DNA of 32,000 nucleotides from Crocosphaera subtropica ATCC 51142 (GTDB lineage: Bacteria; Cyanobacteriota; Cyanobacteriia; Cyanobacteriales; Microcystaceae), in assembly GCF_000017845.1 (NCBI RefSeq), contig NC_010546.1:4110001-4142000 (forward strand). The letters run 5' to 3'. The notes under the pieces are model-generated. The model made no database searches. It was not told where the DNA came from and saw only the letters and a list, made by a program, of their open reading frames with translations. Shown in pieces: positions 8,138 to 17,187 of the stretch. Every line of letters begins with the position of its first letter. Position 1 is the first letter of the stretch. The position numbers were made by a program, and so were the translations under genes.

Positions 8138-9376
8138 TTAGTATTGATTGGGTAAAATTTGCTTCATTGCTTGGGTAACTCTTTCATAGCTTGCTTCCCA
8201 AGAATATTCTGTTTTGACTAATTGATAAGCATTATTTCGTAATTCTAAACTTAAAGAGGGTTGAGACCAAAGTTTTTCTATCCCTTCAAGTATTTCCTCA
8301 ATCGTATTTCTAATTAATAAGTGTTTTCCATCAATTACGTCTAACCCTTCTGCGCCTTTTGCGGTACTAATGACGGGACAACCGGAAGCGAATGCTTCTA
8401 ATAATTTTAAACGGGTTCCGCCTCCGTGTAATAACGGAACCACCATCATACTCGCTGCTGCGACATAGGGTTGTACTTCAGGCACATTTCCAGTCACAAT
8501 AATATCAGGATCTTTTTGGGCTACAGCTAACATCTTTTGTGTGGGGGTTCGTCCTACTAATAATAATTGACAATCAGGATAATTTTGTTTGATTTTAGGG
8601 TAAATTTCATCAATTAATAATTCAGCAGCAATTTTATTAGGATAATAAGAGAGTTGACCTAAAAATAAGATAGTACGTTCTCTATTTTTTACTTTTTCTA
8701 CGGGTTCATATTGGTGGTTAAACGCTTTTGCGTAGTTATCAATATTAACTCCATTGGGAATCACATAAAGAGGCGTTTGTTTCCCATACATTTGTTGACA
8801 TAATTGCACATCATCTTCACTACAAAGCCAAACTTGATCCACTTGATGGGTGAATTTTTTTTCCATTTCTCTGAGGTGGGAAGTCTGAATTTTAGCTTTT
8901 AATTGAGTTCTAATACTTTCTTGCGATCGATCCGGTTGGGCTGCTAAATGGGCTTCAATGTTATGATTATCGAAAATAATACGACAGGGAAATTGTTGTA
9001 CCACCGATAAATAACGGTATAACCAAACTTGTTCGAGGATGACAAGATCCGGTTGAAAGTCTGCCATGAGTTCGGCTAATTTTTGTGCCGTAAACCGACA
9101 ATAAGGCCAGTCTGCGTCCGGATCGCCGATGGGCCGTAACCACCATAAACGTCGTTCTAACTCTTCCCATTTGGTTCTGGTATCGTCAACATTATAATGT
9201 TTCCAAAGCTTAACCCCCGACAAAGTATGGTAGTTAGGAGTCCAGTTGGCCGCAGAAAAAACCGCCACGGGGCCAAATTTCATCATCACATTCATATTTT
9301 GCCAGTTTCGTAAGGAAACTCCACTTTTGATAGGAACGGGGACTTCTTTAGTAATAAATAAACTTTTGATGGTCAT
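8138..9376 (-). CDS. glycosyltransferase family 4 (GT-B, Glycos_transf_1)
   Basis: 412-aa ORF. The C-terminal half has a typical GT4 core (LLLVGRTP...PLLHGGGTRLKLLEAFASGCPVISTAKGAEGL). Confidence 0.85.
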   Translation of the reverse strand: MTIKSLFITKEVPVPIKSGVSLRNWQNMNVMMKFGPVAVFSAANWTPNYHTLSGVKLWKHYNVDDTRTKWEELERRLWWLRPIGDPDADWPYCRFTAQKLAELMADFQPDLVILEQVWLYRYLSVVQQFPCRIIFDNHNIEAHLAAQPDRSQESIRTQLKAKIQTSHLREMEKKFTHQVDQVWLCSEDDVQLCQQMYGKQTPLYVIPNGVNIDNYAKAFNHQYEPVEKVKNRERTILFLGQLSYYPNKIAAELLIDEIYPKIKQNYPDCQLLLVGRTPTQKMLAVAQKDPDIIVTGNVPEVQPYVAAASMMVVPLLHGGGTRLKLLEAFASGCPVISTAKGAEGLDVIDGKHLLIRNTIEEILEGIEKLWSQPSLSLELRNNAYQLVKTEYSWEASYERVTQAMKQILPNQY

Positions 9377-9404
9377 ACCGTTGATGATAAAAGGAATTGT
9401 CAGA

Positions 9405-9893
9405 TTACAGTAACTTGACCAGTATATCTTTAACGGTAGGAGGAAGTTGACGCATAATTTTTCCTTTTTCGCGATCGGTGGCCACTAAAGTGACTTTTCC
9501 AGTGACATGGACTTGTTGGCGATCGCCTGATTCGATGCGACAATCCCAATACATCCGAACTCCTTTCATTCCTGCCATGCGAGTTTTGACGATGGCTATT
9601 TCTCCTAACTGTAAGATCCGATGATATCGTAGGGATAATTCAACCACCGGTAGATCACATCCTAATTTTATCAATTCGGCAAAATCCATACCCATAGAAC
9701 GGAGACATTCAACTCTCGCCGTTTCTATCCAAGTTAAATAACTACCATGCCACACCACACCACTATAGTCGGTATGATGGGGTTGTACCCTCACCGAATA
9801 CTCAAACCATTTTTCTGTGGTTGCTTTGAGGGGAGTTTTGGAGGTGATAGCAGTGGTGGGGGGAAGTTGGGGAGACTCTTGGGAAGAAGACAA
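9405..9893 (-). CDS. acyl-CoA thioesterase, hotdog fold (YbgC/4HBT family)
   Basis: 162-aa ORF. Contains VRVQPHHTDYSGVVWHGSYLTWIETARVECLRSMG, the 4HBT/YbgC active-site region with the catalytic Asp. A low-complexity N-terminal extension of about 25 aa is present. Confidence 0.8.
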   Translation of the reverse strand: MSSSQESPQLPPTTAITSKTPLKATTEKWFEYSVRVQPHHTDYSGVVWHGSYLTWIETARVECLRSMGMDFAELIKLGCDLPVVELSLRYHRILQLGEIAIVKTRMAGMKGVRMYWDCRIESGDRQQVHVTGKVTLVATDREKGKIMRQLPPTVKDILVKLL

Positions 9894-9930
9894 GGGATTA
9901 AACTCTCAGAAATAGGGTTATCACTTGTTC

Positions 9931-9952
9931 ATCAGTTTATCAGTTATCAGTT
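9931..9952. repeat. short tandem heptamer repeat (ATCAGTT[T] x3), STRR-like
   Basis: ATCAGTTT ATCAGTT ATCAGTT lies in the pcrA/thioesterase intergenic gap. Related CAGTTATCAG words recur at 17090-17099, and as reverse complement at 29107-29115. Confidence 0.5.
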
Positions 9953-9997
9953 CCATTTATTGGTTACTATTCAAAGACGGTATCCTAGGTGATGAGG

Positions 9998-12316
9998 TTA
10001 GTCAATTTTAGTAATGGAGTTGGTTCTCGGATCAACAATTTTACGACCCAGTCCTGCAAATTTAATGGCTAAGTTGGTTTTTTTTCCTGATCCTAAGACG
10101 TGGGTAATTTCCCCTTCGCCAAAACTATGATGAATGACACGATCGCCGACAGACCATTTTATATTATTTTGGCTAGAAGCTGGTTTCTTGTGGTAAATTT
10201 TTCTGACGGTTGGGCGAAGATTACTATTGATTAAGTCTTGGGGAATTTCTTGTAAAAATTGTGAGGCTGTTTTGATTTCTTTCGACCCCCAAACATATCG
10301 TTCTCTGGCGTGGGTAATAAATAGTTGTTCTTGGGCGCGAGTTAAGCCAACATAACATAATCTTCGTTCTTCTTCTAAGGATAAAGGATCGTTTAAACTA
10401 CGGATATGGGGTAAAGTTCCTTGTTCTAATCCTACTAAGAAGACAATGGGAAATTCTAAACCTTTGGCAGAGTGTAAGGTCATTAAAGAGACTTTTTCTT
10501 GCCCTTCATCCAGGTTATCTAAATCCGAGGCCAGGGACGCATTAGTTAAATAACCTTGTAAACTGGTGTCTTCACTGTCTTCTTGATATTGAGCGATCGC
10601 ACTGTACAATTCATAAATATTTTCCAGTCTATTATCAGCTTCTTCGGTTCCTTTTTGTTTTAACTCATGGACATATCCGGATAGTTCCATCACTTGATCA
10701 AAGAGTTCAGTTGCTGAAAGTTCTTTCAATTTACCTTGTAATTCTTTAATCATAGTGGCAAACTTATTAACAGATTTTGCTGCCCTTCCGGCTAAGGTTT
10801 TAACCGATGTTTCATCACTAATAATTTCCCATAAAGGTATTTCTAATTCTTGGGCTGCTTTGAGGAGTGAATCAACCGATGTTTTACCAATTCCTCGACG
10901 GGGAGAATTAATCACTCTCAGTAAACTAACGGTATCAAAGGGATTAATAATTAACCGTAAATAGGCAAGTGAATCTTTAATTTCTTGACGATCATAAAAC
11001 TTAAATCCTCCGACAATTGTATAGGGAATGTTATTACGAATCAAGTTATCTTCAAAGGGTCGAGATTGAGCATTGACACGGTACAATAGGGCAAAATCTC
11101 CCCAATTTAATTCTGGGTTAGTCTCTACTAATTCTTGAATTTTACTAATAACAAAATCTGCTTCTATGCGTTCATCTTCTGCTTGATAACAATAAATTTC
11201 TTCTCCTTCTCCCCTAGTAGGACGCAAAATTTTATCAATACGTTGACTATTATTTTCAATCAGTTTATTAGCTGCTTGTAAAATAGTTTCCGTTGAGCGA
11301 TAATTTTCTTCTAATTTGACCATTGTTCTCGTATCTTCATCGGGCAAACCATCCCCAAAGTCTGATTGAAAATTGAGTAAAATAGTAAAGTCTGCCATGC
11401 GAAAACTATAAATGGATTGATCGGCATCTCCTACCACAAAAATGGAGCGATTTTGCCAATTATATTCACTTTTTTGTAGTTCTCCATTGGTCGTTAATAG
11501 TTGAATTAACTCATATTGAATACGGTTAGTATCTTGATATTCATCCACTAAAATATGTTTAAATTGAGAATGCCAATAGCCCAAAATAGACTCATTTTGC
11601 TGAAACAAACGAACAGGAATTAAAATCAAATCATCAAAATCCAGAGCATTATTAGCAGCTAATTGATTTTGATATTCCTGATAAACTTCGGCTATAATAC
11701 GACCTTTTGCATAGGAATGTTCTTTTAAATAAGCCTCAGGAGATAACCCTAAATTTTTAGCATTACTGATGGTATAACGAACATTACGAGGGTTAAATTT
11801 TTTATCGTCTAAATTAAACTGTTTGAGAACAATATTTTTAACTAAACTTTGTACATCAGATTCATCAAAAATCGAAAAATTACGCTCCCATGTCCGCTTT
11901 CTTTCATCTTGATATTTATTAATATCGTAGCGAAGAATTCTAGCGCATAAACTATGAAAAGTACCAATCCATAACTTTTTAGTAGTTTTCTTATAAACTT
12001 GAGAAAGTAACCGTTTTTGATCGTATTCCGAGAGAGAATTAAACGGTTGGCCATGATGTTTTAAAGCCATTTCTTGAGCAAATAACCGCTCAAGTCTATC
12101 TTTCATCTCTCGCGCCGCCTTATTGGTAAAAGTTACCGCTAGAATAGACTCAGGATCAACTTGGTAATGGGTAATCAAGTGTGCAATTCTATAGGTGAGA
12201 GCGCGAGTTTTGCCTGAACCAGCCCCTGCAACTACTAACAGAGGACCACAGAAATGTTCAACAGCGATACGTTGTGAGGGATTAAGTTGAGAAAGAAAGT
12301 TAACAGAAGCTGTCAT
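9998..12316 (-). CDS. pcrA: ATP-dependent DNA helicase PcrA/UvrD (SF1)
   Basis: 772-aa ORF. Helicase motifs present: I AGAGSGKT, II VDEYQDTN, III VVGDADQSIYSFR, and VI-type YVGLTRAQEQL. C-terminal Tudor-like region VGDRVIHHSFGEGEI. Confidence 0.95.
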   Translation of the reverse strand: MTASVNFLSQLNPSQRIAVEHFCGPLLVVAGAGSGKTRALTYRIAHLITHYQVDPESILAVTFTNKAAREMKDRLERLFAQEMALKHHGQPFNSLSEYDQKRLLSQVYKKTTKKLWIGTFHSLCARILRYDINKYQDERKRTWERNFSIFDESDVQSLVKNIVLKQFNLDDKKFNPRNVRYTISNAKNLGLSPEAYLKEHSYAKGRIIAEVYQEYQNQLAANNALDFDDLILIPVRLFQQNESILGYWHSQFKHILVDEYQDTNRIQYELIQLLTTNGELQKSEYNWQNRSIFVVGDADQSIYSFRMADFTILLNFQSDFGDGLPDEDTRTMVKLEENYRSTETILQAANKLIENNSQRIDKILRPTRGEGEEIYCYQAEDERIEADFVISKIQELVETNPELNWGDFALLYRVNAQSRPFEDNLIRNNIPYTIVGGFKFYDRQEIKDSLAYLRLIINPFDTVSLLRVINSPRRGIGKTSVDSLLKAAQELEIPLWEIISDETSVKTLAGRAAKSVNKFATMIKELQGKLKELSATELFDQVMELSGYVHELKQKGTEEADNRLENIYELYSAIAQYQEDSEDTSLQGYLTNASLASDLDNLDEGQEKVSLMTLHSAKGLEFPIVFLVGLEQGTLPHIRSLNDPLSLEEERRLCYVGLTRAQEQLFITHARERYVWGSKEIKTASQFLQEIPQDLINSNLRPTVRKIYHKKPASSQNNIKWSVGDRVIHHSFGEGEITHVLGSGKKTNLAIKFAGLGRKIVDPRTNSITKID

Positions 12317-12515
12317 AAAACTTTACAATAGAGTGACATACCGGAACTATATTGATTTTATCCTCTACTATTCCATAACTGGTATTGTCTTATAATGATT
12401 TCAAAGCTATTTTAGCCCTCTTCACAGTAGTCTTAGGGTCGATTGAAGCATGATTTTAAAAGATGCTAATTGAAAGCTGCGATCAAGTATAACTACTCAG
12501 CTTAACACATTAAGC

Positions 12516-12545
12516 AAAAAAAAAATTTCCGATTATGGGAAATTT
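12516..12545 (-). terminator. orphan intrinsic-terminator-like hairpin (minus-strand sense)
   Basis: On the minus strand the sequence reads AAATTTCC-cataatc-GGAAATTT followed by further Ts (T-run of 10 in total). No annotated minus-strand gene ends here. Confidence 0.4.
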
Positions 12546-12583
12546 AGTGAATCAAAATGGAATTTCTCCTTTACAATAGAAAT

Positions 12584-12652
12584 AGCGGAGACAAACGTTT
12601 CCGTTCACTCCTCACACCACACTCCGCCCGGCACTTGTTCGGGCGGTTTCTT
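12584..12652 (+). ncRNA. yfr1: Yfr1-type cyanobacterial small RNA
   Basis: The exact conserved Yfr1 single-stranded motif ACTCCTCACAC (12607-12617) is flanked by two hairpins. The 5' hairpin is CGGAGAC-AAAC-GTTTCCG (one G-U pair). The 3' terminator is CCGCCCG-GCACTTGTT-CGGGCGG followed by TTTCTT. A TACAAT -10 box lies at 12572-12577. The element sits directly upstream of trxA, as in marine picocyanobacteria. Confidence 0.72.
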
Positions 12653-12744
12653 ATGGAAGAAAACCCATCCTAACCGACATACTTTATTATGGTAGAATTC
12701 TAGAGTATTCTAGATAAACATGAGCAATCAAAGGAATTCATAAT

Positions 12745-13068
12745 ATGTCAGCTGCCGCTCAAGTTACAGATAGTAGTTTTAAAGCAGATGTTTTAGAGAG
12801 CGATGTTCCCGTTCTAGTAGATTTTTGGGCGCCTTGGTGCGGTCCTTGTCGTATGGTCGCTCCCGTTGTAGACGAAATAGCGGAACAATACGCAGGTCAA
12901 GTTAAGGTTGTCAAGCTCAACACGGATGAAAATCCTAACACTGCTAGTCAGTACGGCATTCGTAGCATCCCTACTCTAATGATTTTTAAGGGAGGTCAAC
13001 GAGTGGATATGGTTGTAGGGGCTGTCCCCAAAACAACCCTAGCTTCTACGCTGGAAAAATATCTTTAA
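12745..13068 (+). CDS. trxA: thioredoxin (m-type)
   Basis: 107-aa ORF with the WCGPC active site ([12 protein letters not shown]) and a conserved [13 protein letters not shown] segment. Confidence 0.96.
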   Translation: MSAAAQVTDSSFKADVLESDVPVLVDFWAPWCGPCRMVAPVVDEIAEQYAGQVKVVKLNTDENPNTASQYGIRSIPTLMIFKGGQRVDMVVGAVPKTTLASTLEKYL

Positions 13069-13098
13069 GTTTTGATAAAACATCAAGACTGGGTCTTT

Positions 13099-13130
13099 AG
13101 AGGTAAACTATCTTTAGTTTACCTCTTTGT
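13099..13130 (+). terminator. hairpin terminator after trxA
   Basis: Perfect 11-bp inverted repeat AGAGGTAAACT (13099-13109) / AGTTTACCTCT (13116-13126) with a 6-nt loop, followed by a short T-containing tail. It lies between the convergent trxA and desaturase genes. Confidence 0.5.
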
Positions 13131-13136
13131 ATAATG

Positions 13137-14111
13137 TCAACAATAACGTTTAGCTTCCATCATAGCTTGGCTAGGAAGTTTTACATCCCAAACTAAACCC
13201 ATAAATTCTAAGCTTCGGATGAACCAAGCACCAGGATCAATTTGCCACCAGTTTAAACCATTAATGGCCGTATCTGGGAAAGCATGATGAGTATTATGTA
13301 GCGAACCACCACAAGTTACGATGCTCAATACATTAATATTGGTACTTTGATCATTGGTCTTAAAGGGTCGCTTACCAACTAAATGACATAGGGAATTAAC
13401 GCTGTAAACAAGCTGTTGTCCTAAAAATATCCTGAAGAGTCCACCCCATAAAAATCCCGTTAATACACCGTAGGCGTTCCCATGAAGTAGTCCTCCTATT
13501 AAGGCCGGAAAAGCGACACCGAGAACTATCCATTTGAAGTAGTGTGAGTCAACATAGGTAACGATTTCATTATTCAGGAGATCCCGACCATATCGACCCA
13601 TATAGGTTGCCTCTGAGTTAAACATCCATCCTATGTGAGAATGCCAAATACCCAACAAACGATTTAAAAACCCATCTCCATAATGATAGGGAGAGTGAGG
13701 ATCGAGACTGTGATCAGTATTGGCATGGTGTCGTCGGTGATTGCTGATCCAATAAGAAATCGTACCTTGAGCGGCCATACTACCAGCTATTCCTAGAAAT
13801 ATGGCAACGGATTTCTTAGCCTTAAAAGCATGATGGGAAAAAAAGCGATGATATCCAACTTCAATGCCAATTTGAGCAATTATTAGCATCATCAGAAGGA
13901 TACCAAGATCGATCCCATCAATACCTAGTTTCGATGCTAAAACGATCGCAATTAAGCTACCTAAAAAAGGAAGACCCATAAAAACAAGAGCAAAAGCTCG
14001 CAGTTTTTTGAGAGGGTGTGCTGCTAAGACGATGGTATGAGGCATCTCAGATAAACGTCTTGGTTTCGGTTTTGATAAAGTTGTAGATAATTCTGTGATT
14101 GAAGAAGTCAT
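13137..14111 (-). CDS. membrane fatty-acid desaturase, delta-9 (stearoyl/acyl-lipid) family
   Basis: 324-aa ORF with three His boxes: HRFFSHH, HRRHHANTD and HNTHHAF. Contains the family-typical NGLNWWQIDPGAWFI...GLVWDVKLP C-terminus and several TM segments. Confidence 0.85.
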   Translation of the reverse strand: MTSSITELSTTLSKPKPRRLSEMPHTIVLAAHPLKKLRAFALVFMGLPFLGSLIAIVLASKLGIDGIDLGILLMMLIIAQIGIEVGYHRFFSHHAFKAKKSVAIFLGIAGSMAAQGTISYWISNHRRHHANTDHSLDPHSPYHYGDGFLNRLLGIWHSHIGWMFNSEATYMGRYGRDLLNNEIVTYVDSHYFKWIVLGVAFPALIGGLLHGNAYGVLTGFLWGGLFRIFLGQQLVYSVNSLCHLVGKRPFKTNDQSTNINVLSIVTCGGSLHNTHHAFPDTAINGLNWWQIDPGAWFIRSLEFMGLVWDVKLPSQAMMEAKRYC

Positions 14112-14505
14112 AAGCTCAAGCTGATAGATTTCATACTATTCGCATTATCTAAAGTTAATTAAACAAAACGTATTCGTATACTTAACCATTCTATCGAGTT
14201 AAATTTCACTAAATTTAGGAGTTTTTGCTGAAAAATAAAATGTCAACTTTAATAAAAAATAGCTAAATGATGAGGATAATAATGGAATTCTAATGGAAGA
14301 TAAATGTTTAATTATTTTAAAAAATATTAAGGTTTTGTCGTTGTTTAAAAAAGTTTACAGTTTCTAGTCCTTAAATTAAATAGGAAACTTAATAAGTATT
14401 TATCTATTGATGATGGGAATTTTGTTGTTGTCCCCAGTATAATTGTAAGTTGGGGGTTAACTGTGACTGACATATGACCCCCATAGTTTAATGGACTCGT
14501 CTTAA

Positions 14506-15381
14506 TTAAGACTTTTGTAAAGGGAAATTTAACCGTTCCCTCTGCTGTAGATATAAGTTAGCAACTTCTCGGGCTAAATTACGAATACGACCAATATAAC
14601 GGGTTCTTTCTGCTACAGCAATGACTCCCCTGGCATCTAATAAATTGAAAGAATGAGAGCATTTTAAAACATAATCTAACCCAGGAAAAACTAAACCACG
14701 ATCAATTAACTGCTTGGCTTCTTGTTCGTATAAAGCAAACAATTTGAACAATAAATCTGCATCAGAGGCTTCAAAATTATAGGTACATTGTTCTACTTCA
14801 CTTTGCAAGAAAATGTCTCCATACTTGATTTGATCGTTCCATTGAATTTTCGTGATGGCTTCCACTTCTTGGAGATACATTGCCAACCGCTCTAAACCAT
14901 AAGTAATCTCAATAGAAACGGGACGACAATCAATCCCTCCACATTGCTGAAAATAGGTAAATTGGGTAATTTCCATGCCATCTAACCAGACTTCCCAACC
15001 GACACCCCAAGCTCCCAAAGTAGGAGATTCCCAGTTATCTTCTACAAAACGAATGTCATGATCTTCGGGTTTAATGCCTAATGCTCTTAATGAGTCTAAA
15101 TAGATTTCTTGAATGTCATCGGGAGAAGGTTTAATTAAGACTTGATATTGAAAATAATGCTGAAATCGATTAGGATTTTCTCCATAACGGCCATCGGTAG
15201 GACGACGACAGGGTTCGACATAAGCAACGGACCAGGGTTCAGGTCCGATCGCCCTGAGAAACGTATGAGGACTCATAGTCCCTGCCCCTTTTTCCGTATC
15301 ATAGGGTTGAACGATTAAACAACTGCGATCGCTCCAAAATTCGTTAAGCTTAGCAATAATTTCCTGAAAATTAATTGACAC
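14506..15381 (-). CDS. glyQ: glycine--tRNA ligase alpha subunit
   Basis: 291-aa ORF. Highly conserved GlyQ sequence: [34 protein letters not shown]...[23 protein letters not shown]. Confidence 0.96.
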
Positions 15382-15830
15382 TTTGTTTTTTTACTTCCCT
15401 ATATTAACTCTTTTGTTTAACATTGTTTATTATAGCAAAAGAAGTAATGTATTTTTTCAATTCTAGATTTTTTTAAGAATAGTTAATAGTGATCAATTCT
15501 CAAAAATAATCAATGAAAATCAAGCTTCACTAAAGTTTTAACTGTGATTCAGAGATATCTAAGTTAAGCTAAATCTTAGAGAGATTTGTTAAGTATACAA
15601 CTGGATGAAATTTTTTAGTCGATTAAGTATTCAATCAAAACTGATGTTACTCTTAGCAATCATAGCAGCCATAAAAAATAACTGGCCTTACTTCAAATTT
15701 TTGTTATGGGACGACTCACTAGGTTAACCGTTCCCAATACACCTGTCAATTTGCTACAATTTCGGCACAATAGAAATAGACGAATCAATTGCGTAAAGCA
15801 ATCAACACCATTCACATTTTAGTTTGTCTC

Positions 15831-17072
15831 ATGAGAAAACGTGCATTTTGGGTAACTCTTCTAGTCATTTTTTCCCTGTTGTTCAATTTTTTTGCTTGGA
15901 CTCCCAATGCTAATGCTTTTACAGAAAATCAAAAGCTACTTTTGCAGTCGTGGCGACTGGTCAATCAATCTTATTTAGATGATACCTTTAACCATCAAAA
16001 TTGGTGGTTATTAAGACAAGATTTATTAAAACGTCCTTTAACTGATCGCGAGGAAACTTACGATACCATCGAGGAAATGTTAGCCAGCCTCGATGAACCT
16101 TTTACTCGTTTATTAAGACCTGAACAGTATCATAATTTACAAGTCAGTACCGCAGGAGAATTATCAGGAGTCGGCTTACAAATTAACATTAATCCTGAGA
16201 CGGGTAACTTGGAAGTGGTTGCCCCTATAGAAGGATCTCCTGCCGAAGCAGTTGGTATTAAAGCCCGTGATCGTATCTTGAAAATTGATGATGTGGATAC
16301 CACTACCTTAACCCTGGATGAAGCAGCTACAAAAATGCGTGGACCGAGGGGAACTACTGTTTCTTTGACCATTTTACCCTATCAAAAAGAATCGAATGTT
16401 CGTGATATTGAAATCGTTCGAGATCGCATTTCTTTAAGCCCAGTTACTGCTAGTTTGAATCAACCGACTCCTAACCTTCCCATTGGTTATATTCGGTTAA
16501 ATCAATTTAGTGCTAATGCTGCTGAGGAAATGGCAGAAGCTATCTATAATTTAGAAAAAGAAGGAGCGCAAGGTTATATTTTAGACTTGAGAAATAATCC
16601 TGGTGGGCTTTTACAAGCAGGAATACAAGTTGCCCGTTTATGGATGGATCAAGGAACCATTGTTTATACAGTTAATCGTCAAGGAGTACAGGATAGTTTT
16701 ACCGCATCAGGAACGGCATTAACAGATGATCCCTTAGTATTATTAGTCAATAAAGGAACTGCCAGTGCTAGTGAGATTTTAGCGGGTGCTTTACAAGACA
16801 ATGGAAGGGCTAGATTAGTCGGTGAAAAAACCTTTGGTAAGGGGTTAATTCAATCCTTATTTGAGTTACCAGATGGGGCGGGTTTAGCTATTACGGTTGC
16901 TAAGTATGAAACCCCTAGTCATAATGATATTCATAAACTAGGAATTCAGCCAGATAAAGTCGTTGTTCAAGATCCGATTTCTTATCAACAAATTGGCACA
17001 AAAGATGATTTGCAATATGAGGCTGCCATCGAACTTTTAACGGGTAATTCTGTGTTAGCAAATGCCGGTTAG
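15831..17072 (+). CDS. ctpA: carboxyl-terminal processing protease (S41, CtpA/B/C family)
   Basis: N-terminal signal/TM segment, PDZ region (GVGLQI...GSPAEAVGIKARDRILKID), and the S41 catalytic Ser context NKGTASASEILAGAL plus GEKTFGKG. I prefer the ATG at 15831 (MRKRAFWVTL) over the TTG at 15789 used in the ORF track. Confidence 0.9.
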   Translation: MRKRAFWVTLLVIFSLLFNFFAWTPNANAFTENQKLLLQSWRLVNQSYLDDTFNHQNWWLLRQDLLKRPLTDREETYDTIEEMLASLDEPFTRLLRPEQYHNLQVSTAGELSGVGLQININPETGNLEVVAPIEGSPAEAVGIKARDRILKIDDVDTTTLTLDEAATKMRGPRGTTVSLTILPYQKESNVRDIEIVRDRISLSPVTASLNQPTPNLPIGYIRLNQFSANAAEEMAEAIYNLEKEGAQGYILDLRNNPGGLLQAGIQVARLWMDQGTIVYTVNRQGVQDSFTASGTALTDDPLVLLVNKGTASASEILAGALQDNGRARLVGEKTFGKGLIQSLFELPDGAGLAITVAKYETPSHNDIHKLGIQPDKVVVQDPISYQQIGTKDDLQYEAAIELLTGNSVLANAG

Positions 17073-17187
17073 ATTCAGTTATTTGTAAACAGTTATCAGG
17101 GATAAATTCTAGCTTAAATTATCCACTGGTAGCTGTTCCTAATCTATGTTTTTATTAATATTAATTGTCTAAATTTATTCACAGAAG

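Noticed and set aside
12317-12400. Cyanobacterial LexA box upstream of pcrA
   Set aside because: The best candidate (AGTTCCGGTATGTCAC on the minus strand) mismatches the RGTAC-N3-DGTWCB consensus at core positions.
15789-15830. Upstream TTG start extending CtpA by 14 aa
   Set aside because: The extension (MRKAINTIHILVCL) precedes an ATG that begins a typical basic-then-hydrophobic signal sequence (MRKRAFWVTLLVIF). The ATG start is more plausible.
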